DNA from: Balanoglossus misakiensis | Taxonomy: Eukaryota; Animalia; Hemichordata | Direction: 5' to 3' | DNA length: 64,000 bases | NCBI GenBank assembly: GCA_040954595.2 | Contig: CM082579.2 | Span: 13,083,834 to 13,147,833, forward strand | Part shown: positions 11,160 to 25,030 of the stretch, in pieces | How positions within the stretch are numbered: position 1 is the first letter of the stretch | Layout of the letters: the number at the start of each line of letters is the position of its first letter | Notes under the pieces: generated by a model | The model's input: only the letters and a program-made list of their open reading frames with translations | Told to the model about the DNA's origin: nothing | The model's database searches: none | Made by a program: the position numbers and the translations under genes

Positions 11160-14100
11160 CTACTGTACAGAGAAGATAATTTCAGGTTCTTCACCTTCAG
11201 CCGTGGTATTATCCTAGGTATATTAGAATAAATAATACGTAAATCTCCCAACAAAGAAATCAAACCCTACGTTGGCATATGGAAAAGAAAGGGATATGAG
11301 GGACACTGTCTTAAATGTGATCTGTAGACGAGTCGAAAAATATCTCACCCGTACATTCAATCATGTGAAACACCAAGACTCCGAGTATTTACTCTGACAT
11401 TCATTTCGGAGAGTTACACACATGTCGAACCAAAAATTATATTTGCTACATATGTGCCCACAATTCTTACTACCTCAAATAAGTTTTTGGCTACCCCCAA
11501 GCACGAAGTGAAACTCTATTTATGGTAGCCAGAGTTGGTTAGAAAGACGGGGCTGAGACAAATTAAACTTACCTTCATAGGATCGTTTGCTTCTCCACCT
11601 TCACCAAGATGCAGAGCCTCTTCAACGTCCCCATCGCCATTATTAGTGTCATCAGTCTCATTATCATCACCATCTTCGCCTTTATCAGCGTCTACGTTCG
11701 TTTCGGCTTCATCGATGCCACCCTTCGTTGAATCCAAAATGGGGCCGTCCTTCTCTGTTTCAATCAATTCAATGTCTTCAGCGAGATTGTCGTATGCAAA
11801 TACATCGGCAAGATCATCTAGTTCTGGCCTATAGGGTGATTGTGATACTGGTAACTTTCATTCGATAACAATTTGAAGGTTTTGTACATTTGTATAATAC
11901 TGTATGAGCACTTCTCAGAAGATGCATCCACCAGTTTATGCAAGAAATGTGTTCTCACAACTAACATCAAATAACCGCTGCAGTATGCCCTAAACAGTTA
12001 CTGCAACTTGCACCGTTCCAAGTAGGACTTCGTGAATTCACTGTAACGATTTCAACAATATTCTGATAACTGTACATTATAGGATTTACAGTCGATTATA
12101 AGAGGCTAATTCCATTCCCTGGTTGGAAAGCATTTGTTTTCTATTGATAAAATTGATATTTGATGTAATAGTTACCGTGAACATGCGAATGCATTAAGAA
12201 AAAAAATCGCGTCAAGGACACGGTGGTCCCATTGAGGGACTACACAAGAAAAAGTCTATACACCGGAGTACATGGCCTTATCACATGAACTGGCCCTGAT
12301 CACCACCTGTGTGACGTAGACCAGGACAGATCAAAAATCCAGATCACCCCTGTGTTACGTCATCAACCGGAACTATTTCCACTGATTCGCCGTAGCTTTG
12401 TTGTCAAACCGCGCGGCATTTACAATACAGAAATGAAATTAAAAAATGACGGTTCCACGATAATATCGCTTTGTAAGCTCAAAACAGAAAGGTGGAATTT
12501 GAAAAGAAGACAGTCGACGCAACGATCATAGACGATCGTGGCAGTCAAAGTTTTGGGTAAGGTACGTTTACATAGCCTAGGCTAGGCGCAAGTCCGGTAA
12601 GTTCCGAGTCGAATCAGCGTGGGGAATTGTTTCGAGCCAGTTCAGCGTGACGACTGAACCTCTCTATTCCACCGGTCAACGAAATGTATAAGACGTGGCA
12701 ACAGGTTGCAGTAAAATTGTTAGAGAATCGATTACATTTGTGTACGGCCGAAATTCGAGCGAACGGAACTCAACGGGATGACTTGTTGGGAGATTTTATG
12801 AATGATCAGCGATAGTTCATCATTTGCGTATATGCAAATGATGAACTATCGCTGATCATTCATAAAATTTCCCAACATATATCTCCTGGGGGAAATAATC
12901 CCGCTCAGTAAAATACGACACCACATCAACATTGTTGCAAGGTACTGAATTTTTTTAGTCCTGCCTCTTCTAACAAAAAATAAGAAGACTGTTCATGTGA
13001 TAAATATATAATCCCATGATATCTTTCTTTGTTTAATGTCATCGTATACTCGTGGTTTTCGCGGAAGCGTACAACTTCTCGCCTGCAGCTCGAAGTTGCA
13101 CTGCTCCGCGAAAACCACTCGTATACGATTACATCAAACAAAGAAAGATATCATGGGATTATATGTAAATATACAGACAGGCAGACAGACACACACAAAC
13201 ATATAGCGAGAGATCAATAGGCAAACACTGAATGACCCATTAGCTGCCAATGGCATATATACTGTACATACACTAAATAGAACAGCTGGCCTCTTCAAAA
13301 CTTAGCCAGTTATGTAATCATGCGGGATTTTGCTGTGTATATAAATCACAGGAGGGGGTTCCTGCCTAATTAAAACAAGTCAATAAAGTAAATACACGCC
13401 ACTCTGCAAAGCAAACTGACCAGTACTTCTTGAGTTACTGAGTTTTGACCAAATTAACATTTTTCCAGCTCATTTGCATATTTTTGGCAATGACAATTTT
13501 AATTGAACAAACTCCCATCTACAGCCCAGCCTGCATCTGCACACCAAATATCAAGGTGATACACGTAGCGGTTTTTGATGTGGACGGACGGACGGACATC
13601 CATCCATCCTTCCATCCAGCCACCCACTCAGATTGGGTTAAGACAGCAAGTTTAGCCAAGAGAAAACGGTAATAAGAAATAGACCATGAGTCACCATGAC
13701 GACTAGTGATTGGAATAGTGGTATCACAAACGGCATACTTACGCTACTTTCAATTGCCTGTTTTTCTTCCAGTTGTTCCATCTCAATATCAAGATAACAA
13801 GGACAGCTAGAAGAAATCCTGCACAAATCGAGGCAATTAGGATGGCGTTGAAACTTGAAGATCGTCCGCCACAGGACCAGTCGGAATTTGCACGATAACA
13901 CGCGAACGAGTAGATCTAAGATAAAGGAAATGTTTTCAGTGAAATTTATTCTTCACAAAGAGGTACAGGCAACTGAAATTTTCCAATTAAAGTAGAAATA
14001 CGTTGTTGTTACTCAACCCAGGACAAATTTGAATGTTGTTGTTGTAAAGACTTGTTGATCGTCACATTCGATTATACTGTACAAAGGGTAAGGAAAGTAA

Positions 14101-17100
14101 AACCACGAGTGTTTCGGGGGTTTCATGTGATTTGGCATGCCAATAGAGATACATTGTATTTATATAACTGGTCAATGCACGTGAAGTTGGTCGGACACGG
14201 GTTGGATGAACACTCATTGTGGTCGGTGGCACAAAACTCGCCAGTGTAACCAGGCAGGCAGCTACAGAAGTAGCCATGGAAACCCTTGGCACGCTCTGTG
14301 TCCAAACAGTCCAGGCCAGAATTGGTTCCGTTACACATCCCCCTGTTGAAGCACGGATGTGCCAGTACGAACACCTTGACGGTGATGACATCAGAATGAG
14401 CGCCACTCTGGTCCACTGCGTTCACCTTGAAACGGTCTTCCCCGTGGAAGCCCACACTCGGGGTGTACTTGATGGCAGCGAAGACCCACGCAAGTCGGTC
14501 TACACTGTGTGGAACGGGCAACCCGCACGGGAATAACACGGTTGATACATCGGAACTATTGTAGGCCAGGTAATCTTCAGTGATGTTGGATATCGGCAAA
14601 CAGTCTTCATTGATGAATTCAACAGCGGTATGCTGTACACCAGTTTCTAGGGTGCCGTGCTGCGGAGGGTCAAACAACAAGGTCAAAGTGTCGAAGGTGT
14701 CTGGGTCAAATGCTCCCCAAACAGTTTCAAAACCATTACCATCGTCGTCGTGTTTTCTTTCTTCTGTCGTGGCGATTTGCGTGTGAAACATTCCATCGTT
14801 AGTATTCAAGTGATCCGTAATTAAGAAAATTTCCGGGTTGTCGTTGATACCACGCACGTCTATTCGTAAGGTTGATGACGTCGACAGAGCTTCAAAATTG
14901 TCCTTTCTGTCTTCTTTGGCCAATACTTGTAAGCTTTGCACACCGAAGCAGTCCAAGCAAGGTTTGTATGACAAACTTCCATCTCCTGCCAACGAAACAT
15001 CTCCGGATCCGAATTGTGCTGCTGTTTCACCGTCCAGTTCAAAGCTGACGTCGTCTCCATCTTCGTCAAATGCTGTAATTTTAAATTGGAGGGTCCCCGC
15101 ATCTTCTGACATCCATATTTCGCTCTCCGATGTGATCGTTGGTGGGGTGTTGACGAATAGTCCAATACTAGCCACAGTGAATAGGGTTGGTCCCTGAAAG
15201 TACATATCCGGGGCAGGAGATCGACGCCGGTGGGATTCTGCATTTTGTTGGCTCTCGACATCTGTCGCACAAACCTGGTAATTATAGGTACAATGAAACG
15301 ACCTCTAATATTTTACTGCATTCTTGGACCTGGCAATTTGTTTACATTCGATAATAATGAGTGTAGGGCTTGTTTCGGTACCACGTTGATCAAAATGAAC
15401 AAACGTTTTTTTGTTTTACTTCTTGTACACATATATGTATATACAGGCATATACACTTCTCTTTGGTGAACGGGAAATCTATATATTGGTACAATTTATC
15501 TAATGTTAACTTTGTGATCAATAGAAAGATACTATGCATGATAAGTATGCATCTGCGTGTGTATCTGAATTGCGAAGGACTTCGGACAATACCTGTACGC
15601 TCAGTGTTCCCCGTTTCCAATCATATTGATATTCACCGAGTGATTCCTCACATGTATGACTGGCGTCTCGCCATTCTTGCATGTCTGTTTTGAAAGATTA
15701 GTAAAGTATCAAATTTTATACGACATAATACAAGTTACCATATACATATAATCCCCACGGCCTTATCAAAATTGCCAAAAATGTTAACTGAGAAATAGGG
15801 GAAAAGTTCCAATTAAATGTGATTTCATTGACCATACCTGTTTGCCAGAACACTAACTTCGGTAATATGCCAACGTTTACGTCCATGTAGGTCGACGTGT
15901 TAAAGCCAATAGTAATATTTAAGGGTTCTTTCATTCGTTTACGTCCGACGGTCGTCGTGTAAAATGAAGGACCGATGATAGATTTGATTCTACAATAAAG
16001 GGGAAATGATGAGTCTTATCATGCTGTGTCCGAGTTTTAGGGTCTGGGGTTTGAACTAAGGCTGATTGGGTTATCGGAAACACACAATTTTCTTGGCCTT
16101 ATTCTGCAGTCGATGATAGCTACATGTTTTCTTTTTATTGGTTTCTCGCAGTGGTAAACACTATCACGAAATAGGAAGTGAGCATTTATTACCACACACC
16201 GTATTTTCGTTACAACCGTATAGTTTACCATGTGAATTACTAACAGGGCCTATATATTGGTGCCAAATGCATGAACATGCAAATTACCTTTTTCTTAGCA
16301 GCCTGTCTGTCTGAGCCATTGTGGTGTGTGGGTTTACGATAAAGGGGTTAAAATCTCGCGAAACGTCCGACGCATACTCGTCGAGCAGGTCATCGCCAGA
16401 CAGTACACCGGCCATCAGGGTGACCTCTTCCTCCGAGTCGCCGTCTGCATTAAACCCCGGTGCGGGGTATAAAAGACCCCCCAAATCAGTGGCGAATCTT
16501 AATGCCGTTTGACTGACAACAGACAACACCAACGATCTTGGCTCTATGAAAATCGGCCCAAACAGGTCCATGCATAAAGAATTACACCACACCACGACCG
16601 TATTTGGCTTTATAAACACACACAACATAAAGTTATCGACGAAAAGTACACGAGCTTTTGAAACAACGATGATTTTGGGAGAAATCTGGTTTCAGTGCTT
16701 TTCAGAAGCGTCCCTAAGAAACAATAACCACGCCATTCAAACAGCTGTCAATCGCGTGGAAGTGTAAAGTGTTCAATTATTTTCTGTGTACATGAGATCA
16801 ATTACAGTCATTATGCACGACGACCACTCCCAAATAAACAACTATACAAACACACGTTAATCCGAACCCCGGTACTTTCCGCACTGGGGTTTAAGCAATA
16901 TAGGTGAGAAACGGCTTATCTCTTTATCTTATGGTATTACGAATAATGCAGTAACACTATGTGGATTCAGTGGTATAGCTTTTTGAATTGCTATGGGTCA
17001 TTCACTGCGCAATGAGTAATTGTACCCGGCAAAACCGAAAACTAACACTTTTCCAGATGTTTTTTCTTTAAAAATATGAACAGTTCGGTGAGCCATGTAA

Positions 17101-20100
17101 TACTAATGCTCCATTTATTACGAGGAATTTGAAAGCTTCGCCTGAAATGAATTTATACATTCTCTAGACATGCTTATGTCACTATGGCACAGATTCTAAT
17201 CTGTTAATAGACTATAGATATTGAGAAAACAATGCTTATAACAGGCAGATCGATAATTTAGGTATCTTCGCCAGGAGCAAATTCACGTCTTGACTCTCGC
17301 AACTTGATCTGCTTGGCCACATGTTCATATTCTTTTGGCAGTGCACTGATTTGAATGACACGTCACAGACAATATTACCTTGTGTGGAATCCACGTTGCT
17401 TTTCCGTTTTTTCTGACGTTGTTGTGGGTCGGATTGAATGTTCACAGCACTGACGTCATCTAATAGAGCGATATCGACAACGGAGCCATTCACTGGGCTC
17501 GACAGAGTATCGTCGTTCCCTGTTTTGCAAAAAAGTTTCAAGATCCCATTTGTCAGGAAACGTTACGTGCAACTTTTGATCAATTGCTGAGTAATTCGAA
17601 ACATATTTAAACTGTAATTTTTAAGAAACATGTCATTTAATGTAGAAGTCAAACCCAGTTTCTGTGAACTCTTGAAAGGGACATTAGCAGTACCGTTTGG
17701 CTTTATTTTCAGTTTTTTTCCAGTGCATCAAATGCAATTTCTTGCTCTACTCCAAACAGCAGTACTCCATTTGCCCTCATAGCCTGTATGTGACAACCAC
17801 TGTTAATGAATTCTAGTCCGGACTTGATCTCAAATTTCGCACAATAACAATGATGACTATACACACATATGTTGTGTTGATAAGCTTAATGCTGGGTATT
17901 TCATCATGTTTCAGGACTTTGAACAAGAAACTGCAGTAGTTACATAAACAAAAATACTGAAAACATATTGGTTAGAAAGATACTTACTAGATATTGTTGT
18001 TTTTGAAGCTGCCATTGCTCCACACTTGTGACCTTTGTTACAAACAGTGATTCTCGAATACATTGTTCTGGAGAGAAATAAAAAAATAAGCTTTATTGTC
18101 GTTGGTGGTTCTTTTTCATCTAACGTCAACACAATTATGCAAATAGTAAGGGGCTAAATCGTACAGGAGAATGTATTAAATGTTGTAGGAGGCGTACGTG
18201 TGTGGGTTGCGTCATTTACCGTGTGTTCAAACAATTTGAACAAAACCGGACCAATAGTTAGAATTTACCATTCTAAACAGTTTAGAAGTACATTTACATG
18301 TACATGATGATATTGTCTTTCCCAGGACTATAACAACATCAGTGTCAGCGCTATACAAAAAACATCAAAAGGTGCTTGTAATACACCCTTTTCATAACTC
18401 AAGCGCCCTAACACAGCCATTGTGAATTTGAACTCAAAGCGAGGCCACGGGGGAAAAGTTGCCCGATCACATCAAGGGGTGTTCCCATTGGCCTCGCCAC
18501 GAGTTTCAATTCATGATGACCTTTTGAGGGCGCTAGGCTTCTGAAAAGGATGTATTCAATATCAATCACAACCTTCCTGGTTCCATGTGAAATCTATTCT
18601 TCATTTCTTCCGTGTCTTCTCCCTCTCGAACTTCTCTGACACCTGAAACATTTGCGATGTGCTTGTCACCGACGTAAACAGCTCCGTTCTGTATTTCGAC
18701 ATCACAGATGTGTTGTAACCAACTCTCAAATCAGGAAAGATGTCTTTGTCATCTTCCGAACTTCCAATAGAAAACACTATAATATATACAGTATACATAA
18801 TTCAAGAAATATGCAACCTTGACAATAAAGGTTGTAGATGCACCTGCATAATCAAAGTCTGGAACTTTTTCTCATAATTTGCTCACGGCAAGAATATTAT
18901 ACTAGTATAAAAATCGGGTCACCATGCCAAAATCGAATGAGAGAGTCAAACTGCCTCAAATTCAAATTCAAAAGGACTGCCAATCTCTGTGTTAACACTT
19001 CACAGACAAATTAATCATTTCATGAAAAAGGATGACCATCTCTTTTCTTCTTCAAGTTTCTTTCCATACGGAATCCTTCCATATTTTAATGTAGCAAAAA
19101 CTTCTACATCTGTTTAACTGTTTGTCCCTGATTTGCGTACTACGGTAAGGTCATCAAGCAATTGCGAAATTGAAACTCTGATCAACTGTAACTGCATGGA
19201 AAAGAAACACGGAGTAGCAGCCAGCTAATAAGCCACTTTCATGACCCCAATCTGACCTTTACATACTGGGATTTCGTTGGTATGAGTTTACCATTATGTG
19301 TTTAAACTCTGGCATAGTCACCTATATATACTATATACTACTGAATTTGAGCACTCTGAATCTCTTTATGGAACATAACATTTGAATTATGTCGGTTACA
19401 GAAGGGCGTATGCTGTATGTAACGTTGAACGTGTCGTACTAACAAAATACCAAGATGTTACGTCACTCAGAGGTCATGAAAGTGGTCTATTATATTTAAA
19501 TTGGCCTAAGATAGCTGTCGACAGAATCATCTTCAACTCTTGACCATTTCATCCCTGTACTCGACTGACTTCCACAAAGGTTGGCGTCGGGCAGATCTTT
19601 ATTTATGTCGTCATCTTGACACTCGCTCGTTGCATTGCTTGTTGAGACCGCTGGCGGCGTTGCCATCAAAGTGACACCTATAAACATAACAATATACAGC
19701 GGAAGGTAAATGAGGAGCGTCCAGTGTAGGGAAGGTATAGGCTTGGTATGACTGGCAGACGTTATAAAACTGTTAGAGTCTCTGTTACAGGTCATATCTA
19801 TTATCCGACCTATTACTATTCTGATAAGGATAATTAGATATTTCTTCAATCAATTATTACAACTAATGCATTGGAAATTGCATAAGAATTACCCACGCAG
19901 CAAGGTGGCTAAGTTATTGACTGGACCAATTAATTAGAAAAAATAGCGTCAAGGAAAGGACACTGTGGTCCCATTTGAGGACATAGCACATAGCAACATA
20001 GCAATAAGCATATCTGCTCTGGATGCCAAGATATGGAAAAGTAGGTCAAAGGTCACCTGAGGACATGCAAAATTTGGGCAAGAAATTTTGACCCTATACT

Positions 20101-21784
20101 GGTCCATGTTCAACAAAAACCAAACCTATAGCCCTATTGGTTAGCCTGGAATTAGGTATGCACATAATTAATGAGATATGCAGGTGTCACAGGTGACCCC
20201 CAATTTTGGCTTTTCAATCTTAGTCCCAACCCTCCAAACGCGAAGTCTGTACCTGCTCTGGATGCCAAGATATGATAAAGTAGGTCAAAGGTCACCTGAG
20301 GTCATGCAAAATTTGGGCAAGAAATTTTGACCTTATACTGGTCCATGTTCAATAAAAACCAAACCTATAGCCTTATAGGTTAGCCTGGAATTAGGTATGC
20401 ACATAATTAATGAGATATGCAGGTGTCACAGGTGACCCCCAATTTTGGCTTTTCAATTTTAGTGCCAACCCTCCAAACGCCAAGTCTGTACCTGCTCTGG
20501 ATGCCAAGATATGGTAAAGTAGGTCAAAGGTCACCTGAGGTCATGCAAAATTTGGGCAAGAAATTTTGACCCAATACTGGTCCATGTTCAACAAAAACCA
20601 AACCTATAGCCTTATTGGTTAGCCTGGAATTAGGTATGCACATAATTAATGAGATATGCAGGTGTCACAGGTGACCCCAAATTTTGGCTTTTCAATTTTA
20701 GTCCCAACCCTCCAAACGCCAAGTCTGTACCTGCTCTGGATGCCAAGATATAGGAAAGTTGGTCAAAGGTCACCTGAGGTCACCCAAAATTTGGGCAAGA
20801 AATTTTGACCCTATACTGGTCCATGTCCCACAAGAACGAAACCTCTGGCCCTATTAGTTAGCCCGGAATTAGGTATGCACATAATTAATGTGTTAAGCAG
20901 GTGTTACAGGTGAGCCCAAAAATTTGCCTTTTATTTTGGCCCCATTGTGCTCACTGACCAATAGACAGTCACTGTACAGGACTATTGCACAGACCAGAAT
21001 TCCACAATAAGACGTGGACATAGCTTAACCATAGAGGTATAAGTAAAGGTATAAATTTAATAAAAATACTAAAAAATTCATAAAAAATAAAACGTCTATG
21101 ATATCAACTTAACACTTACAGGTCGGTGTGAGGTTGACATAAGGTACATGCATACCAATTTTCAAAGCAATCTGACCAGTAATTGTTGACTTACAGAGTT
21201 TTGATAATTTTCACATTTTACAAGCTAATTTGCATATTTTGGGCCTGGCAACTTCGTTTGGACAAACTCCCATCTACAGCCCTGCCTGCACCTACACACC
21301 AAATATTGAGGTGATACGCGCAGCGGTTTTCATGTTTTTGATGTGGACGGACATACAGACATACATCCATACATCCATACATACATCCATCCATCCATAC
21401 ATACATACATACAGACGCAACCCATCCCATAAGGTCCCATGGTATATATGCCTACACCAATGGGACCTAATTAAAAACGAGTGAGATTTAGCAATTTCGG
21501 AAATTCTAGTATCCAGTCACCAGCTGAAATCGCAACCATCTTCACCAATGCTTTGGCAATGCATGTTGCCTCTGGAAATTCTTTCAAAACTCACCAGTGG
21601 TAACTTCGGATGTTATCAATTCGGCTCGGTTGATAGCTTGTACCGTGACGTAATAAGTTTCCTTGTCCTCGAGTACGCCATCTAGACTGTCGTTAACGGC
21701 AAGTGTATCCAATCCAACTGAGACAAAGTCCTGAATGTCAGTCAAGTTACGTTCGCTTCCTATTGCCCATATGTGTTCTTTGAC
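11160..21784 (-). CDS. 3' portion of a large single-pass membrane protein (FN3-like repeats, cadherin-like domains, EGF domains, TM helix, acidic tail); possibly a pseudogene
   Basis: Exons include 21784-21595 (WAIGS...ETYYVTVQAIN), ~19677 (GVTLMATPP), ~18770, ~18068, ~17520, ~16543, ~15990, ~15684, ~15275-14150 (AFDEDGD, INDNPE, CSCLPGYTGEFC, NECSSNPC), ~13915-13744 (ILIASICAGFLLAVLVILIL TM), 11828-11573 (acidic) and 11215-11160. No upstream exons were found and two donor sites look non-canonical. Confidence 0.7.
12784..12877. repeat. Near-perfect 94-bp palindrome inside a TIR element (TTATCACATGAAC 12278 ... GTTCATGTGATAA 13003)
   Basis: Arms read directly as reverse complements with about 2 mismatches. 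Confidence 0.85.
13006..13164. mobile_element. ~160-bp foldback MITE
   Basis: ATATAATCCCATGATATCTTTCTTTGTTT ... AAACAAAGAAAGATATCATGGGATTATAT inverted arms. Confidence 0.75.
18378..18558. mobile_element. Diverged foldback MITE
   Basis: AATACACCCTTTTCA...AGCGCCCT is inverted relative to AGGGCGCT...TGAAAAGGATGTATT. Confidence 0.55.
19938..21477 (+). mobile_element. HINE/DINE-1-like Helentron-associated element with an internal satellite
   Basis: 5' subterminal GGTCCCATT, (ACAT/CCAT)n microsatellite at ~21350-21412, 3' stem-loop GGTCCCATGGT...ACCAATGGGACC (21433-21467), A-rich ends. Confidence 0.65.
20014..20935. repeat. 239-bp tandem repeat, ~3.9 copies
   Basis: CTGCTCTGGATGCCAAGATA recurs at 20014, 20253, 20492 and 20731. 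Confidence 0.95.
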
Positions 21785-22446
21785 CTGATGAATTAGTCCA
21801 CAAGTGAATAGCGTTGTTTTTTCTTTTATGAAAGGCTTGAAAAGTGATCACCTTTTATGCTTCAAAACACGGATATATTAGAGATGTTTGTTATGTTGGA
21901 CATGGCTGCGTACAGGAAAAAGGTACGATATGATATAAACAATACGTTAATTTCTGATTTCAGAAGCTGTTTCAACAGTTTTAGCCTTGTTTTTTATCAA
22001 TAATTATTCGGCAAAAGGTAAACAGTGTAAATTTTTTAGATGTAACGTGATTACAAAACTTTGTCACTGTGCATTTTATATCCCCTGACGATACTTTAAT
22101 CCATGATGGAATCGTAGATCAACAAAGCCATACGTTACTTTTGAAAACTGATTTGAAGTCGCTGCAGTTATTCATTCGTCATTAATTACAGCCTTGGCTA
22201 CACAAATCGATGAGATGCTGACAAGCAGAATACAGGGATTTTAGCATCTTACAGGAAGCACCACGAAAATTGTACTTAATACACAGAACAGAAATACTGC
22301 TACATTTTCTTGTTCAAATCCCTCAAGCATGATGACATGCTCAAAATCCAGCTTATTAACACAATCTTTGTGCATATAGTCAGCATTATCATACTAGAAA
22401 ATTTTAATTCGTGTCCGGACTAGAATTGACTTGTCAACAATAGCAA

Positions 22447-22832
22447 TGGCCGTGGCACACAAATACAGCTTATGTCAGCGTCAACGCCAGCACTGCCCAG
22501 CAGCGCACAGCCTACATGTTGCCGGCTTGGCTGTTGCCTCCGCTCGGGATCTTGTTAGCCTGCCTTAGCCTCTTCACCGTCGTCAGCAACGTCTTCGTCG
22601 TCGTGGCCGTGGTCAGGGAACGCTTCCTGCGGACGGTGACGAACTGTTTCATCCTGTCGCTGTCCCTCGCCGATCTCATCATGGGGCTGGTGGTCATGCC
22701 CCTAGCGATAGTCTACGACTTGTCCGGCGGTGTCTGGAACATGGGCGCGCTGGTGTGTGACTTCTGGAAAGCCAGCGAGGTCCTCAGCGGCCTGGCGTGC
22801 ATCGGCAACATCGCCCTGATCTCCTTCGACAG
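22447..22832 (+). pseudogene. Truncated class A (aminergic-type) GPCR, TM1-TM3 only
   Basis: SNVFVVVAV, LRTVTNCFILSLSLADL, VMP, W..G..CDFW and ISFD, then homology stops at the DRY motif where a TIR repeat begins. The upstream ATG at 22447 is out of frame with the TM region. Confidence 0.85.
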
Positions 22833-23869
22833 TAGCTCTGCGTACAGGTCTGTGTGTTCCCGGCGATACACGGCCTCCACCACAGCCCTGCAAGGCGCCA
22901 TAGAAAAAACTGGTGCTTCTGCGGTCCGGATCCGGACCGCAGGTTTTTCGGCCGAAATTCGATTTTATCGAAGCAAAATCCTTTCCCTGTCTACTTCTGC
23001 CCCCTAACCGACTCCAAATATGATGCGATTAACTTGTCCTAACGTCCGAACTTTTATGTTTACCCATGGAGATAAACTCGCTGTAAGCCTTATATTTATG
23101 TATGACGATCTCAACATGTAAACACACAAAAATAAAACAAACGCTTGTCAGTGCTTGGATATTTCTAAGCTCTCACATTCCCTGAGTGTCTGGAAATTTC
23201 CGACCACTGACCCTTGTCAGTGCTTGGAAATTTCCAGGCTCTCACATTTCCAAGCACTGACCCTTCTGGAGTGACTAGCAATTTTTGCAAATTGTACTAT
23301 TAATTGAATTCATAATTTAGTTATTAGTTTTTTTCAATGAAATATTCAAATCCATACAACCTAAAGATGGCTCCTTCATTATTTCTATGGAAATTTCACA
23401 GTTTATTCTTTTCTTTCTGCACACTCGCAAACATCTTGAAAATAATCATAGAAAAATATCGAAATATATTGTACTGTGAACAAAACACTAATTTCCTTGA
23501 AAAAAGTTTAAAAAACGGCTACTTTTCGGAAATTGGAAAATGTTTTCTATACTGTTACACATAAAATTGGCAGTAATTGATCATATTTCATGAAAAAAGA
23601 TTATCCAGTACATATTATTTAGTCTAAATTGCTTCCTTGTCTGTGGAATATAATCGACGTAATTGATTTGATATATTATAACATGACATTAACAATTATG
23701 GCTGTGTGAACGATGAGAATGAAACTTGTATTGATGATCTCCAACTGAATCGTTGGAATTTTTCCATTTTCATGCCTGGCCATGGAAACAGAATCATTTA
23801 ATCGTTACTTTATAATCCAATGATTGCACACAAGTTAAATATTCAATTAAACATGCGAGAAAGTTATCG

Positions 23870-24010
23870 GATGGTGCACTTGTTTACAGGCAGAGATGTT
23901 TGTATTGTGAAATAGGTGCAAGAAAATAATCAGATGGTGCAAGTGTTTACAGGCAGAGATGTTTGTATTGTGAAATAGGTGCAAGAAAATTATCAAATGG
24001 TGCAAGTGTT
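23870..24010. repeat. 63-bp tandem repeat, ~2.3 copies
   Basis: ATGGTGCA recurs at 23871, 23934 and 23997. Confidence 0.85.
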
Positions 24011-24356
24011 TAATTAATTAATTAAATCTTTATTTCAGGATATAGAAAAAATCCCATAGATTAGACAGATATATAAAAAACAAAAAACACCACATAAAAA
24101 ATAATACTAAAAAATGGTTAAAAATACATCAGTTGTCTGTACATTTTATAAGTTTTTGAGTAGGATAGAGCATCCGATCTAAATACCGTCGAGACCAGAA
24201 CATCGGTGCTATTATTAACACGCTCATAGAAATTAAACATAGCTTTCCGTCTAAGGGCTTCAAAAGTTGGTATTCTGTTGCAGACAAACAAAGCACTCGC
24301 ACTACAATCGCGAGCATAACCCATAATTATCCAGAGAGAATTATTATATGCCACCT
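24010..24356 (-). mobile_element. 5'-truncated non-LTR retrotransposon (LINE) 3' end, possibly RTEX-like
   Basis: AYNNSLWIIMGYARDCSASALF...TFEALRRK resembles LINE ORF2 C-termini, followed by a short 3' UTR, ATAAA and a (TTAA)n tail. Confidence 0.65.
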
Positions 24357-24409
24357 AGTCCAGGAGATAGGTGCCGTTAATCAGAATTTTTGGTAAGGAA
24401 GGTTTGAGA

Positions 24410-25030
24410 AGTCCATTCTATGTATAAAATGGCGCTGATTCCAAAAAAGTCAGTCTTATTGACCCCACTCAAGACAAAATTGCCATTTTGGCCATTGTTA
24501 ACCCAAAAATGGTCTTTTTTAGAAAACACTAAAAACACACTGTTTTCGTCACATTCTGAGATCTGATGACATATGATATGCTTATTCTATGTAAAATTTG
24601 GTGAATATTACGAAAAAAAGTAGTCCGATTGACCCAAAACAACAGACAATTGCCTTTTTGACCATTTTTTGCCCCCAAAACGTCATTTTTAGAAAAAAAT
24701 TAAAACACACGGTTTTCTTCATAATGATTGATCTGGTGATATGTGGAAAGTCAATTCTATCTTAAAAGTGGTGACTTTAAAAAATAAAGCAGTCTTTTTG
24801 ACCTCAATCAATACAAAAATGCCATTTTTGGCCACTTTTTGAGGTCAAAAAGGTCATTTTTACAAAAAAACTAAAAATAAATTGTGTTTTTCATATTCAG
24901 AGATCATTGGATATATGAAATGTCCATTCTATGTAAAAATTGGTGCTGATTCCAGAAATAGCAGTCTTATTGACCCTTCTCAAGAAAAAATGCCATTTTT
25001 GCCACTTTTTGCCCAAAAACGTCATTTTTA
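24410..25030. repeat. Degenerate ~180-bp tandem repeat, ~3.5 copies
   Basis: ATTCTATGTA-AAA...GTC-TATTGACCC...TGCCATTTT...GTCATTTTTAGAAA recurs near 24415, 24585, 24753 and 24926. Confidence 0.65.

Larger units (their letters stand above)
12200..13670 (+). mobile_element. HINE/Helentron-like non-autonomous repeat with nested foldback elements
   Basis: Start (AAAAAATCGCGTCAAGG...GGTCCCATT) and 3' body with GGAC/CATC microsatellite are shared with the copy at 19938-21477. Confidence 0.55.
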
